Positions 31,449 to 42,100 of a DNA stretch of 64,000 nt are shown one piece after another. The notes under the pieces were generated by a model that was not told where the DNA came from, searched no databases, and saw only the letters and a list, made by a program, of their open reading frames with translations. The translations under genes were made by a program, and so were the position numbers. Positions within the stretch are counted from its first letter, which is position 1; each line of letters begins with the position of its first letter. This stretch comes from Pseudonocardiales bacterium (GTDB lineage: Bacteria > Actinomycetota > Actinomycetes > Mycobacteriales > Pseudonocardiaceae), in assembly GCA_023252195.1 (NCBI GenBank), contig JAHEXI010000008.1, forward strand, positions 96,980 through 160,979, in the 5' to 3' direction.

Positions 31449-31528
31449 GTGTCGTGAACTCGACAGCACCGACCTTTTTCGTGCGCTCGCAGGTCGGTTT
31501 TGTCCGTGAACTCGACAGCACCGACGTT
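31449..31528. repeat. Palindromic element family B, copy 1 (interrupted, plus a second left arm)
   Basis: GTGTCGTGAACTCGACAGCACCGACC..AGGTCGG..TGTC, then CGTGAACTCGACAGCACCGAC again. Confidence 0.8.
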
Positions 31529-31618
31529 CTTGCTGCTGCCTGTGGATGGTGCGGTGGGTGTGGATAGGTTGGCCTGCTAGAGGGCGCGTTGGCGGGGGCG
31601 TGGTGCAGGGTCTGAGGT

Positions 31619-32509
31619 GTGATCGACGAACTGACCCTCGGCGCTACGCCCTTCCGGGGATCCGGTGCTGTGCAGCGCGGGCTGCTCACCGAGCGGACGC
31701 TCCGCGGCCCCCGGTACCGGCGACTGTTCCCCGACATCTACCTGCTCGCCGATGTACCGACTGATCTCGCCACCCGATCGCAGGCGGCGCTGCTGCTCGT
31801 TCCGGGGCAGCGCGTACTGTCCGGTTACTCGGCAGCCGAACTGCTCGGGGCGGGTTGCGCGCCAGCGGAGGCTAACGCCGAGCTGACGGTGCCTGGCGGT
31901 GACTTCCGGGAACAACCGGGGCTCACTATCCACCGTGATCTGCTCGCGAACGACGAGATCGGCGACTGCGGCGGCGTCCCCGTCACTACAGCGCTGCGGA
32001 CGGCGTGGGACTTGGCCCGGTGGTTGCCCACAGTGGAGGCGGTGGTGGCGATGGACGCGCTGACCAGCGTTGGGCGGTTCACCTCGGCGACCGTGCTGCG
32101 CATCCAGGGTCGGTACCCGCGGGCGCGTTGGTGCCGTCGTGTCCCCGGGGTGATCGACCTGTCCGACCCCCGAGCCGAATCGCCCATGGAGACCCGCTCG
32201 CGGCTTGTGCTCGTGCTGCGCGGCCTGCCGCGTCCTGAACTGCAGTACACCGTGTACACGGCACTCGGGGAGTTCGTCGCCCGCCTGGACATGGCGTACC
32301 CGCTGCTGAAGCTGGCGATGGAGTACGACGGCCGGGGTCACCTCACCGCCTGGCAGCAGCAGTCTGATGCCCGCCGCCTCAACCGGCTGGACGCCTGCGG
32401 CTGGTCAGTACTCCGCTTCACCTCACCAGACGTCCTCCGCACCCCAGACGCCACAGCCGCCCAAGTCCGCGAGGCCATCGCGCGCCGCTCCCGGCGCTCC
32501 GTGTCGTGA
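31619..32509 (+). CDS. DUF559 (Vsr-like PD-(D/E)XK) endonuclease-domain protein
   Basis: SGYSAAELLG, TTALRTAWDLAR, AESPMETR.RL, RLDMAY, MEYDG..H, D..R...L...GW.VLR. Confidence 0.88.
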   Translation: MIDELTLGATPFRGSGAVQRGLLTERTLRGPRYRRLFPDIYLLADVPTDLATRSQAALLLVPGQRVLSGYSAAELLGAGCAPAEANAELTVPGGDFREQPGLTIHRDLLANDEIGDCGGVPVTTALRTAWDLARWLPTVEAVVAMDALTSVGRFTSATVLRIQGRYPRARWCRRVPGVIDLSDPRAESPMETRSRLVLVLRGLPRPELQYTVYTALGEFVARLDMAYPLLKLAMEYDGRGHLTAWQQQSDARRLNRLDACGWSVLRFTSPDVLRTPDATAAQVREAIARRSRRSVS

Positions 32510-32569
32510 ACTCGACATTACCGACGGTTTTCGTGCGTTTATGCGTCGGTGGTGTCGAGTTCACGACAC
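32501..32569. repeat. Palindromic element family B, copy 2
   Basis: GTGTCGTGAACTCGACA...TGTCGAGTTCACGACAC. Confidence 0.9.
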
Positions 32570-32572
32570 CGA

Positions 32573-33328
32573 TCAGATGGGGAGGCGGCGGAAGATGGGG
32601 CGGGGGACGTGGCGCAGGACGGACATGACGTGGCGCATGGGGGCGGGCGCCCAGGCTTGCTCGCGGCCGTTCGCGACGGCGTCGACGATGACCTCGGCGA
32701 CCTGCTCGGGAGTGACCGACAGTGGAGCGGCTTTCATGCCGGCGGTCATCTTGGTGTGCACGAAGCCCGGTCGGATCACCGAGACCTTGATACCCGCCGG
32801 GCGCAGCGCCTCGGTGAGACCGGTGTAGAAGGCGTCCAAGCCGGCTTTGCTGGCGCCGTAGGCGAAGTTCGACCGGCGGGGCCGTTCGGCGGCGGCCGAC
32901 GACAGTGCGACCAGCGTGCCGTGGCCTTGCCGTTGCAGCGCCTCGGCGAGCAGCACCCCGACCGACACGGCGCCTACGTAGTTGACCTGCGCGAGCTCGA
33001 CGGCGGTGGCGTGGTCGGTCCAGGCCTTCTCCTGGTCGCCGAGCAGCCCGAAGGCGACCAGGGTGAGGTCGATGTCGCCGTCGGCGAAGGCCTTCTCGAT
33101 CGTCGCGGCGTGCGATGCGGTGTCGGCCGCGTCGAAGGGCAGCGTCGTCACCGTGGCGCCGGCGCGGTCCAGCGGCTGCGCGGCGGCGTCCAGCCGCGGC
33201 GACGGGCGGGCGGCCAGGATCACCCGCAGCGGCCGCCGGGTGGCGTAGCGCTCCGCGGTGGCCAGCGCGATTTCGGAGGTGCCGCCGAGCAGCAGCAGGG
33301 ACTGGGGGTTGCCGACAGCATCGATCAC
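32573..33328 (-). CDS. dprE2: Decaprenylphosphoryl-2-keto-pentose reductase
   Basis: [33 protein letters not shown]; coupled to dprE1. Confidence 0.93.
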   Translation of the reverse strand: MIDAVGNPQSLLLLGGTSEIALATAERYATRRPLRVILAARPSPRLDAAAQPLDRAGATVTTLPFDAADTASHAATIEKAFADGDIDLTLVAFGLLGDQEKAWTDHATAVELAQVNYVGAVSVGVLLAEALQRQGHGTLVALSSAAAERPRRSNFAYGASKAGLDAFYTGLTEALRPAGIKVSVIRPGFVHTKMTAGMKAAPLSVTPEQVAEVIVDAVANGREQAWAPAPMRHVMSVLRHVPRPIFRRLPI

Positions 33329-34677
33329 AGTTCGAGTCTCCTGGAGAGGTCAGAGGCGAAGATCCCGTCGGGGTCGGCGGCGGCGCGGACCTTGCGCCAC
33401 TCGTCGATCCGCGGGTACATGCGGTGCAGTGTGGCCGCGGACGTCCGTGACTCCTTGGCCAGGTAGAGCCGACCACCGGCGTCGAGCACCTGCTCGTCGA
33501 GACGGTCGCAGAACTCGGCGAGACCCTGGCGGATCGGGAAGTCCACCGTGATCGTCCAGCCGGGCTGGGGGAACGACAGCGGCGCCTGGCTGGCTTCGCC
33601 GAATCGTTTGAGCACGTTGAGAAACGACACGTGGCCTGATCGTGCGACCTGTTCCACGATGCCGCGGAAGGAGTCTTGCGCGCTCAGCGGTACCACGAAC
33701 TGGTACTGCAGGAACCCCCGTGAGCCGTACGCCCGGTTCCATTCGCCGATCATGTCCAGCGGGTGGTAGAAGGTGGTCAGGTTCTGTACCTCGCCGCGGC
33801 GGCGCTTCGGTGCCTTGCGGTACCAGGCCTGGGTCAGCGCGCCGAAGATCGCCCGGTTGGCCAGGCCGTTGGGGAACGCGTTGGGTGCGGTGAGCAGTTG
33901 CGGCGCGTCGAAGGCCAGCGGGGCGCGGCGCAGCTTCGGGGGCAGCTCGTCCCGCTGGGCGATGGAGCCGCGGGTGAGCACCGCGCGGCCCAGCTTCGCG
34001 CCGGTGGAGATCGCGTCGAACCAGGCGGCGGAGTAGTCGTAGCGGTCGTCGGAGCCGTCGGTGAGCAGCGCCATCAGCTCGTCGAGGTTGGCGGTGCGGT
34101 CGGTGTCGACGACGAAGTACGCCGACTCGACGTGGGTGAGCGCGATCGTGGCGCGCACGATGATCCCGGTCAGCCCCATGCCGCCGACGGTGGCCCAGAA
34201 CAGCTCGTCGTCGGGGGTCAGGGTAGCGACCGAGCCGTCGGCGGTGACCAGATCCAGGGACCGGACGTGATTGCCGAAGCTGCCCGCGCTGTGGTGGTTC
34301 TTGCCGTGGATGTCGGCCGCAATCGCGCCACCGACGGTGACCTGCCGGGTTCCCGGCAGTACCGGAACCCACAGACCGAACGGCAGCGCCGCGCGCATCA
34401 GCGCGTCGAGGCTGACTCCGGCGTCCACCACGGCCAGACCGCTGTCGGCATCGAGACAATGGATCCGGTTGTAGCCGGTCATGTCGATGACCAGCCCACC
34501 CGCGTTCTGTGCCGGGTCGCCGTAGGAGCGCCCCAGCCCCCGCGCGATCACACCCCGGCTGCCCGGATCCCGGACCGCCTGCTGAATCGACTCCAGAGTC
34601 GGCTGCACGAGCACCCGAGCACTGCTAGACGCAGTCCTCCCCCACCCACTCAACGCACGCACCACGATCTCAGACAT
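33325..34677 (-). CDS. dprE1: Decaprenylphosphoryl-ribose oxidase
   Basis: [50 protein letters not shown] -10 box at 34685-34690. Confidence 0.95.
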   Translation of the reverse strand: MSEIVVRALSGWGRTASSSARVLVQPTLESIQQAVRDPGSRGVIARGLGRSYGDPAQNAGGLVIDMTGYNRIHCLDADSGLAVVDAGVSLDALMRAALPFGLWVPVLPGTRQVTVGGAIAADIHGKNHHSAGSFGNHVRSLDLVTADGSVATLTPDDELFWATVGGMGLTGIIVRATIALTHVESAYFVVDTDRTANLDELMALLTDGSDDRYDYSAAWFDAISTGAKLGRAVLTRGSIAQRDELPPKLRRAPLAFDAPQLLTAPNAFPNGLANRAIFGALTQAWYRKAPKRRRGEVQNLTTFYHPLDMIGEWNRAYGSRGFLQYQFVVPLSAQDSFRGIVEQVARSGHVSFLNVLKRFGEASQAPLSFPQPGWTITVDFPIRQGLAEFCDRLDEQVLDAGGRLYLAKESRTSAATLHRMYPRIDEWRKVRAAADPDGIFASDLSRRLEL

Positions 34678-34697
34678 CGCCCGCAGGCTACCTCCAC

Positions 34698-34761
34698 CCC
34701 GACATGGGGGCATATCGGGGCTATCGGGCCTGGTATAGCCCCGACATGTCCCCATATCGGG
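34698..34761. repeat. 64-bp imperfect palindrome (family C, single copy)
   Basis: CCCGACATGGGGGCATATCGGGGCTAT / ATAGCCCCGACATGTCCCCATATCGGG. Confidence 0.8.
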
Positions 34762-37700
34762 AGGACGGGACGTGGCTGGTGGTGTGCTGGTAGGTGTCGT
34801 GGGCGGCGGTGTCGGCGGAGAGTTGTAGGGCGCCCCAGTCGACGTCGGGGTGGCCGATCAGGCGGGTGGGGACTTCGTAGAGGCGGCCGTAGGGGCGGAT
34901 CGCGGCGAAGTCGCCACCCTGGTCCTGGGCCGTGGTGATCGCCGAGAGCCGGCCGAGGCGGCGGGGCGCCTCGATCACCACCCGGGGCGCATCGGCCAAC
35001 CCGTCGGCGACCCCGACGATGTCGCGCACGCAGGGGAACAGGAATGCCTGCGGCCAGCTCACCAGCACCGGCCCGCGGCCTGCCAGGAACTCGTTGAACC
35101 CGACGACGCTGCGCAGCCGGGGACCGGTGACGGCCAGCCAACCGTCCGGGTCGGTGCTGGCATCGGTCGCGCGGATCCGGACGCGGTCCGCGCCGACCGG
35201 GATCTGCGCCGCGTCGAGCCCGATGGACCGCCACGGGAGATAGTCCGGTGGGCCGTCCAGATGGTCCTGGTTGAGACGTACCCGGTCGTACGGGACGCGG
35301 TCCCCCATCGTGGTGACGCCGCCGTACCGAGCGCGGCCGAACTCCAGAACCAGCTTGTTGCCCCGATCGGTACGGCCCGACACCGAGACCGCCACCCCAC
35401 TGGCCGTTGGCTGCCGGAACCACGGGCTGGTCAGGGTTCCGGTGCTCCGCGGTCCGCCGACCAGACTTCCCCAGAGCTCGGTGGAGATCCCGGTGCCGGG
35501 CGCGTCCGGTGGTGGCGCCGCGGGATCGAAGCCGGCCAGGGCGGTGAACCCGGTCAGTTGCTGCGCGGGACCGGGGCCGAACACGCCAACAGGGGACAGT
35601 ACGGGGCCGTCGGGCAGCACCTGGATGTCGTCGGCCAGGCCGCAGAACGGGCCGCCGGTCAGCCGATGCAGGTTCATTAGCGCGAGGGAACCGGCTGGCC
35701 GACGCAGCGGTGCGGCCAGCAACGAGCCGAGCAGTACCGCCACCGCGGTACCGGCCGCCGCCACCGCGAGCATTGCGGGCGTAGCGACCAGCGTTGGCCG
35801 GCTGACGCGGGCGGCGGCGAGCACCGCGTAACCCACCACCAGCGCGCCGAGCCACAGCAGTGGAGAGTCCAGCGGCAGCCCGATCGGGCGCACCGGGCCG
35901 GCTGCCCATGGCACGTCGTAGACCGCCGGCTGCCACCAGGCGTTCGGGCCGGCGAAGGCCAGCCCGGCTGCCGCGGCCACCAGTACGCCCCCGGCCACGC
36001 CGATCGTCTGGGACATCCGGTCGGCCCCCGGCGCCCTGGCGCGCCGCACCAGCAAGACCACAGCCAGCACCAGGAAGGATGCGAACAAGCCGGCCAGGGC
36101 GCCGAAGTGATGCGACCATTTCGACGGCGTCAACCACAGCAGCGCCAGTGCGGTGGCTACCACAGCAGCCGACCGCGCAGCGGCGCCGCCATAGACGTCG
36201 GCTCGCTCGGCCCGGCGGGCCAGCAGCACCCCGACCACCGGCAGTAGCGCGAGCGTGAGCAGAACCGGGATTCGTTTGGTAGCGCTGCCGTCCTGGTCAT
36301 TTCCGAGCAGGAAACGGTACCGGTCCGGCTCCTGGTACCAGGGCAGCGACGGCCCGAAAAAGGTGTGCCAGCGGGTCGCGGTCACCAGCCCATACCAGGT
36401 CTGGTCAGCGAAGATCACGGTAAGGCCGACCGCGCCGACGCAACCCAGAAGCAGCACCCGCGCCGCCACCTCAGCCCGCCCGCGCGCCGACTCGCGCAGG
36501 ATCGCCACGGTGCGCGGCGCGAACACCACGATCGGGGCGGCGACGAGCAGTCCGCTGGGGCTGATCGGGATGGTCAGTCCGGCGACCAGTGCAGCCCACC
36601 CCAGCGCGGGGAGTCCACGAGCTCGCCACAGCAGCGCCAGTACAGCGGTGACGCCGAACGCCACGTACGGCTCGGGGCGCACCCCGAGGTTGTAGGGCAG
36701 CCAAGCGGCGAGCAGGCACACCGCCGCCAGCAGCCGGATCCGGACGGTGCCCGCCACCGCGGGCAGCGCCGCGCCGAGCACCCCCCGGCTCAGCACGAAC
36801 CAGGTCGCGATAGCCAGCACGGTGCTGGGCAGCCGCAGCCACAGCGGCGCCAGGCTGATCTGGGTCAGCGGGGCGAGCAGTTGCTCGGTCAGCGCGAACG
36901 GTGTCTCCGAGGCGTTCCACCACCGGTAGTAGTTGCCGATGTTGCCGGTCCGCGCGGCGTTGCGGGCGATCGTGGTGGCGAAGCCGTCGTCGTCGGTCAG
37001 CGGACCGATGATCGCCCAGCCGGCCAGTACGCTGAGCACTCCCACGTCGACCCAGGCCGTGCGCCACCAACCGATGCGTGGGCGCGCGGGATCCTTGGCA
37101 GCACGACGAGCGCGGGCCAGCAGGCCGAGCCCGATCAGCGCGGTGAGCAGTTGCGCGGCGATGAGAACGATCTTGACCCGGCTCGGGCTGGTGGCGAATG
37201 GGCTGGCGATGCGGGCGGTAACGGCCATCCCAGCGGCTTGCCCGGCGTCGAGGTCGGTACGGAAGGCGAACACCTTGGGCACCGGTTCATCGGCCAGCTT
37301 GATCGTCTTAGTGCTCCCGATGGTGATCACTGCACCGGTCGGGTCGGCGTGCACCTGGGTCCGGCAGTCGCTGAAGGTTCCGGCCACCGGCTGGGTGCTC
37401 ACCACCCGGCGACCCAACACCAGCTGGGCCACGCCGGCTTCGGTCCGCAGCACCAACCCTTCCCCGTCCGGGCCGGTCGCCAGCACGGTGACGACACCGC
37501 CCCGGTCGGTCGCGGCGCGAATCGCCGAACACGGCACCGTCGCAGTCAGCTCCGCCGGCCGGTACGGCGCGAAAAACGCCGTACTCGACACCACGGGGTG
37601 CTGAGGCGCGGGCCAGGTCACCGCGGTCTGGTCCGCGATCACTGGCAGGAACGGCAGCACCAACGCCACCAACACCCCCAGCAGTCCCACCAGCAAGGCG

Positions 37701-37795
37701 AGTGCGGTGCCGGTAGACCGATGCGCAACCCTGGACAGCGCCAAGCCTCCCGCGGCGATCGTTCCTACCTCAGCTCTACCGTTCCCGAACTCCAC
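34721..37795 (-). CDS. Emb-like arabinosyltransferase, paralog A (start uncertain; annotated start lies in a repeat)
   Basis: [34 protein letters not shown]-terminal FPC. Confidence 0.88.
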   Translation of the reverse strand: MEFGNGRAEVGTIAAGGLALSRVAHRSTGTALALLVGLLGVLVALVLPFLPVIADQTAVTWPAPQHPVVSSTAFFAPYRPAELTATVPCSAIRAATDRGGVVTVLATGPDGEGLVLRTEAGVAQLVLGRRVVSTQPVAGTFSDCRTQVHADPTGAVITIGSTKTIKLADEPVPKVFAFRTDLDAGQAAGMAVTARIASPFATSPSRVKIVLIAAQLLTALIGLGLLARARRAAKDPARPRIGWWRTAWVDVGVLSVLAGWAIIGPLTDDDGFATTIARNAARTGNIGNYYRWWNASETPFALTEQLLAPLTQISLAPLWLRLPSTVLAIATWFVLSRGVLGAALPAVAGTVRIRLLAAVCLLAAWLPYNLGVRPEPYVAFGVTAVLALLWRARGLPALGWAALVAGLTIPISPSGLLVAAPIVVFAPRTVAILRESARGRAEVAARVLLLGCVGAVGLTVIFADQTWYGLVTATRWHTFFGPSLPWYQEPDRYRFLLGNDQDGSATKRIPVLLTLALLPVVGVLLARRAERADVYGGAAARSAAVVATALALLWLTPSKWSHHFGALAGLFASFLVLAVVLLVRRARAPGADRMSQTIGVAGGVLVAAAAGLAFAGPNAWWQPAVYDVPWAAGPVRPIGLPLDSPLLWLGALVVGYAVLAAARVSRPTLVATPAMLAVAAAGTAVAVLLGSLLAAPLRRPAGSLALMNLHRLTGGPFCGLADDIQVLPDGPVLSPVGVFGPGPAQQLTGFTALAGFDPAAPPPDAPGTGISTELWGSLVGGPRSTGTLTSPWFRQPTASGVAVSVSGRTDRGNKLVLEFGRARYGGVTTMGDRVPYDRVRLNQDHLDGPPDYLPWRSIGLDAAQIPVGADRVRIRATDASTDPDGWLAVTGPRLRSVVGFNEFLAGRGPVLVSWPQAFLFPCVRDIVGVADGLADAPRVVIEAPRRLGRLSAITTAQDQGGDFAAIRPYGRLYEVPTRLIGHPDVDWGALQLSADTAAHDTYQHTTSHVPSSRYGDMSGLYQAR

Positions 37796-37844
37796 AGCAG
37801 AGCTGCCAGATCCTCCTCAGACAACTCTGTTGTGGAGTTCGGGA
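37783..37844. repeat. Palindromic element family A, copy 2 (62 bp)
   Basis: TCCCGAACTCCACAGCAGAG...CTCTGTTGTGGAGTTCGGGA. Confidence 0.9.
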
Positions 37845-37867
37845 TGCTGAGAGTACCGAGAGGCGCG

Positions 37868-40198
37868 TCAGGCGAGGTTGGGGGCGAGCACAGGGGGCAG
37901 GTCGCTGGGGTGCACGATGCACAGCCGTTGCGTCGAGCGGGTCAGAGCCACGTAGAGGTCGTTGAGACCGCGGGGTGACTCGGCCACGATCGCCGCCGGA
38001 TCGACCAGCACGACCGCGTCGAACTCCAGGCCCTTGGCCTGGTGCACGGTCAGCACGGTCACCGGTGCATCGAGGTCGTCGACGCCCGGCGCGCTCTGCT
38101 CTGATGACCCCAAGATCGTGCGCAGCTCGTCCACCCCAGCCGCCGGCGCGAGCACGGCGAGCCGGCCGTCGCCTACCGCGGTGGCCTCCTCGGCGACCAC
38201 CGCGGGCAACTCGTCGGCCAACGAGCCCACCCGAACCGCGCGGGGCGCCACGCCGCTGCGGCGCACCGACCGCGGCGGCGTGATGTCGACGTCGATGGCG
38301 GCTAGCACGCGGTCGGCGAGCTCCGCGATCTCGGCCGGGTTCCGGTAGTTGATCGTCAGCTCTTCCAGGTGCCACCGCTGCGCCACGTACGGACCGAGCA
38401 CGTCCTGCCACGAGGCCGCGCCGGCCCGGGACCCGGTCTGAGCGAGGTCCCCGACCACCGTCATCGAACGGCTCGGGCAGCGCCGCATGAGCACTCGCCA
38501 CGCCATCGGGGACAGCTCTTGGGCCTCGTCGATGATGATGTGACCGTAGGTCCAGGTGCGGTCCGCCGCGGCGCGCTCAGCGGTACTCTCGTAGCCGCGC
38601 GCCCGCTGCCGGTCGGCCAGCCGGTCGGCGTCGATCAGGTCGGTGGCGCGCAGCAGCTCAGGGTCGAGGTCCTCGTCGAGGTCCAGGATGTCCAGCACGC
38701 CCTGGGCGTACTGCAACTCCGCGCGCAGCGCGGCGGCCTCCCGGGCGGCCTCGGTGCTGCCGTCGGAGCCGAGCAGCTCGGCGGTCTCGTCCAGCAACGG
38801 CACGTCGGCGGGGGTCCACACCAGCTCGGGGTCGACGTCCGGGCTGGGCGCGGATCGCGCTAGCAGGTCGCGTTCCTGGTCCGGTAGCACCCGGTGGGTG
38901 GCGCTGGCCAGCCGCTGCGGATCGAAGTAGAGGTCGGTGAGCAGCTGCTCCGGCGACAGCGTGGGCCACAGCGTGTCCAGCGCAGCGGTCAGCTCGGGGC
39001 TCCCCCGTAACTCGGTGCGGATGTCCGCCAGGTCGCCACGGTTCAGAACGTCGCCGCCCAGGCCGTTGGCGATGCGGTCGGCGAGTACCGTCACGACCTC
39101 CTGGTGAAAGATCCGCTTGGCCTCGTTGTGTGGCCGGTGCGAACGCCGAGCCCTGGTGCGAGCCGGCTGGCACACCGCGCTGTCGAGCTGGATTCGCTGG
39201 GCCTCGACGGTGAGCTCGATCGGTTCGGTGGGTACCTGCTGGCGGTCCCGGATCGCTGCGGCCAGCACCTTCGCCATCTCCAGGCGACCCTTGACGGCGG
39301 CGGTCTCGTCGGGCTCGACGCCGCGGGCGTGCAACCCCGGATGCAGCTGCGCCACCGTGCACAGCAGCACGCTGGTCTCGCCTAGGGAGGGCAGCACGTG
39401 CCCGATGTAGCGCAGGAACGTCGAGTTGGGCCCGACGACCAGCACGCCGCGCTTGGCGAGCTGTCGGCGGTGGGTATAGAGCAGGTACGCGGCCCGGTGC
39501 AGCGCGACCGCGGTCTTGCCGGTGCCCGGCCCACCCTGGACGACGAGCACTCCCTGCGGCTTGGCCCGGATGATCCGGTCCTGCTCAGTCTGGATGGTCG
39601 CGACGATGTCGGCCATCTGGCCGGTGCGGCTCGCCGTCAGCGCGGCCATCAGCGCCGCCTCGCTGGTCAGGCTGACCCGGGTGGCGCTGTGCTCGACACC
39701 ACCGTCAGGTAGCACGTCGAGCACTTCGTCCTCGACGGCGAGCACCGTCCGGCTCCGAGTCCGGATGTGTCGGCGGCGGCGAACACCCTCGGGGCGCGCG
39801 GCGGTCGCGGTGTAGAACGGGCGGGCCGCGGGTGCCCGCCAGTCGATCAGCAGCGGTCGGTAGTCGTGTTCCTCGTCGAGCAGTCCGAGCCGCCCGATGT
39901 AACGCAGACCGTCCTCGTCATCGTCCTCATCACCGGAGCTGTGCAGGTCCAGCCGCCCGAAGCACAGGCCCTGCTCGACGCCGTCGAGGGTGGCGAGTTG
40001 GTCTGCGTACATCGCGGCGGCGGCGTCGCGTTCGCTGCGCGCTTGGGGGGTGTTCGCGTTGGGTGCTCTCAGGACTTGGGTGAGCCGCCCCACGGTGTAG
40101 CGGCGGCGCTCATCGAGATGCTGGTAGAGCAGGGTGAGGTAGTCCTGCTCTGCCGCCACCACGTCGGGCGTTGTTGTGGGAACCGACACGCGATGCAA
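37868..40198 (-). CDS. HelD-family SF1 helicase-like RNA polymerase-associated ATPase
   Basis: LCFGRLD, YIGRLG, DWRAPAA.PFY, DIVATIQ.EQD, GGPGTGKT, DEAQEL, KGLEFD, YVALTR. Confidence 0.9.
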   Translation of the reverse strand: MHRVSVPTTTPDVVAAEQDYLTLLYQHLDERRRYTVGRLTQVLRAPNANTPQARSERDAAAAMYADQLATLDGVEQGLCFGRLDLHSSGDEDDDEDGLRYIGRLGLLDEEHDYRPLLIDWRAPAARPFYTATAARPEGVRRRRHIRTRSRTVLAVEDEVLDVLPDGGVEHSATRVSLTSEAALMAALTASRTGQMADIVATIQTEQDRIIRAKPQGVLVVQGGPGTGKTAVALHRAAYLLYTHRRQLAKRGVLVVGPNSTFLRYIGHVLPSLGETSVLLCTVAQLHPGLHARGVEPDETAAVKGRLEMAKVLAAAIRDRQQVPTEPIELTVEAQRIQLDSAVCQPARTRARRSHRPHNEAKRIFHQEVVTVLADRIANGLGGDVLNRGDLADIRTELRGSPELTAALDTLWPTLSPEQLLTDLYFDPQRLASATHRVLPDQERDLLARSAPSPDVDPELVWTPADVPLLDETAELLGSDGSTEAAREAAALRAELQYAQGVLDILDLDEDLDPELLRATDLIDADRLADRQRARGYESTAERAAADRTWTYGHIIIDEAQELSPMAWRVLMRRCPSRSMTVVGDLAQTGSRAGAASWQDVLGPYVAQRWHLEELTINYRNPAEIAELADRVLAAIDVDITPPRSVRRSGVAPRAVRVGSLADELPAVVAEEATAVGDGRLAVLAPAAGVDELRTILGSSEQSAPGVDDLDAPVTVLTVHQAKGLEFDAVVLVDPAAIVAESPRGLNDLYVALTRSTQRLCIVHPSDLPPVLAPNLA

Positions 40199-40290
40199 TC
40201 CACCTTCTGCGCTTCGACGGGGAACCTGGCACTAGAACCAGTGGGCGGCTTCGGGCATTCCAAGACACCGCGGGCCTTCAACTCTACAGT

Positions 40291-40336
40291 TCCCGAACTC
40301 CACAGCTGCAGGCCGAGGGCCTGCCAGATCTCCTCG
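40291..40336 (+). repeat. Family A half/degenerate copy 3
   Basis: TCCCGAACTCCACAGC..CTGCCAGATC, matching the left part of copy 2. Confidence 0.7.
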
Positions 40337-40560
40337 AAAGCCGTAGGCCTAGCCGCCGCCTGAAGCAACCGTTGTAACGGCAGGAAGCCTCCTCATGTTC
40401 TGCACGCGGTCCGAGGTATCGTCGACTCGATACCACAGTAAACGGCCGGTCAGAGAAATCGGTAGTGATCTGTCGGTGGTGGCGGTTAGTGTCGGTGCTC
40501 GATCTACCAGCGCAACCTGCGCTGCCAACACCCCCATCGATGCCGTGAGGTGGCCTCCGC

Positions 40561-42054
40561 ATGACCGAGCCGTCAGCGCTCGCTGCGCCGACACCCGACC
40601 CGGCCGCCGCGGTCAGCCGCCCCGGACTCGTCATCGGGCTGCTCGTGGTGTCCGCGTTCGTCATGATTCTCAACGAGACGATCCTGAGCGTGGCGTTGCC
40701 TCACCTGATTGTCGCCCTGGATGTCTCAGCCACTACCGTGCAGTGGCTGACCAGCGGTTTCCTGCTGACGATGGCTGTCGTCATCCCGACCACGGGTTTC
40801 CTGCTGCAGCGGATCACACCGCGCCAGGTGTTCCTGACCTCGATGACGCTGTTCAGCGCGGGCACGCTGATCTGCGCGCTCGCGCCGGGCTTTCCGGTGC
40901 TGCTCGTGGGGCGGGTCGTCCAGGCCTGCGGGACGGCGGTGATGATCCCACTGCTAATGACCACGGTGATGACGCTGGTCGCGGCCGAACGGCGCGGCGC
41001 CATGATGGGCAACATCACGCTGGTCATCGCGGTCGCGCCGGCGATCGGGCCGACGATCGGGGGTCTGGTCCTGGCCTCACTGGACTGGCGATGGATGTTC
41101 TGGAGCGTCCTGCCGCTCGCCGTCGTCATGCTCACCTTGGGTCTTGGTCTCATGCGCCTGAGCTCCGATACCCGATCGGTGCCCCTTGACCTCGTCTCCG
41201 TGCTGATCTCCGCGGCGGCGTTCAGCGGCATTGTGTACGGCTTCTCGGCCATCGGTGTGGCCGCCCAAGGCGGCGGGGGGGTGCCTCCATGGATCCCGAT
41301 CGTCGTGGGGGTGGTCGCGCTCATGGTGTTCGTGGCGCGCCAGTTGCGCCTGCAGCGAGCGGAACGAGCCCTCCTCGATCTGCGGCCCTTCACTCACCGT
41401 CCCTTCGTGGTGGCTGTCGTGCTGTCCGGCCTGGTTTTCATGTGCTTGCTCGGAACCGCCATCCTGCTGCCGCTCTATCTGCAGAGCGTGCTCGGCGTCG
41501 GCCCGCGTACCACCGGCCTCGCCCTGCTGCCCGGAGGTCTCGTGCTGGGCTTGCTCGGGCGGCCGGTCGGACGGCTCTACGACCGGTTCGGGGCGCGTCC
41601 GCTGCTCGTCCCGGGCTCGATCGCGATGGCGATCTCGCTGTGGCTGTTCGCCGCGCTGGGCGCGGGCGCTGCGCTCGCCGCGGTGATTGCGGTGCACATC
41701 CTGCTTATGGCCGCGCTCGGGCTGATGATGACGCCGCTGTTCGCCGAGGCCCTCGCGGTCCTCCCGAACACGCTGTACTCGCACGGCAGCGCCATCATGG
41801 CCACGCTGCAGCAGGTCGCTGGGGCCGCTGGCACCGCGGCCTTTGTCACTGTCGCCGCCGTCGCCTCGAACGGCCCACCGGGAGCCCTGGACGCCACCGG
41901 CCTACGGGCAGGGTTCATCGCTGCGGGAGTCATCGGCCTCTTGGCGGTCGTGACGTCCCTGTTCGTCCGCGGCAAGCAGCCCGACGATCCGAGCCGCGAG
42001 GTGGATGCAGACGCGGGGGTGAGCGAGAGTCCGACACTGGTCGTCGGCCACTGA
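40561..42054 (+). CDS. DHA2 family MFS efflux transporter (LmrB-like)
   Basis: FVMILNETILSVALP, QWLTSGFLL, GRVVQACG, APAIGPTIGG; ~14 TM. Confidence 0.9.
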   Translation: MTEPSALAAPTPDPAAAVSRPGLVIGLLVVSAFVMILNETILSVALPHLIVALDVSATTVQWLTSGFLLTMAVVIPTTGFLLQRITPRQVFLTSMTLFSAGTLICALAPGFPVLLVGRVVQACGTAVMIPLLMTTVMTLVAAERRGAMMGNITLVIAVAPAIGPTIGGLVLASLDWRWMFWSVLPLAVVMLTLGLGLMRLSSDTRSVPLDLVSVLISAAAFSGIVYGFSAIGVAAQGGGGVPPWIPIVVGVVALMVFVARQLRLQRAERALLDLRPFTHRPFVVAVVLSGLVFMCLLGTAILLPLYLQSVLGVGPRTTGLALLPGGLVLGLLGRPVGRLYDRFGARPLLVPGSIAMAISLWLFAALGAGAALAAVIAVHILLMAALGLMMTPLFAEALAVLPNTLYSHGSAIMATLQQVAGAAGTAAFVTVAAVASNGPPGALDATGLRAGFIAAGVIGLLAVVTSLFVRGKQPDDPSREVDADAGVSESPTLVVGH

Positions 42055-42100
42055 CGCGCACCGGCGGGTCGGCGGCCAGTTCGGCACCGGGGTCGGCGGA

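Noticed and set aside
40198..40560. HelR-type rifamycin-resistance call for the HelD gene
   Set aside because: No rifamycin-associated palindromic element recognised upstream; motifs fit general actinobacterial HelD
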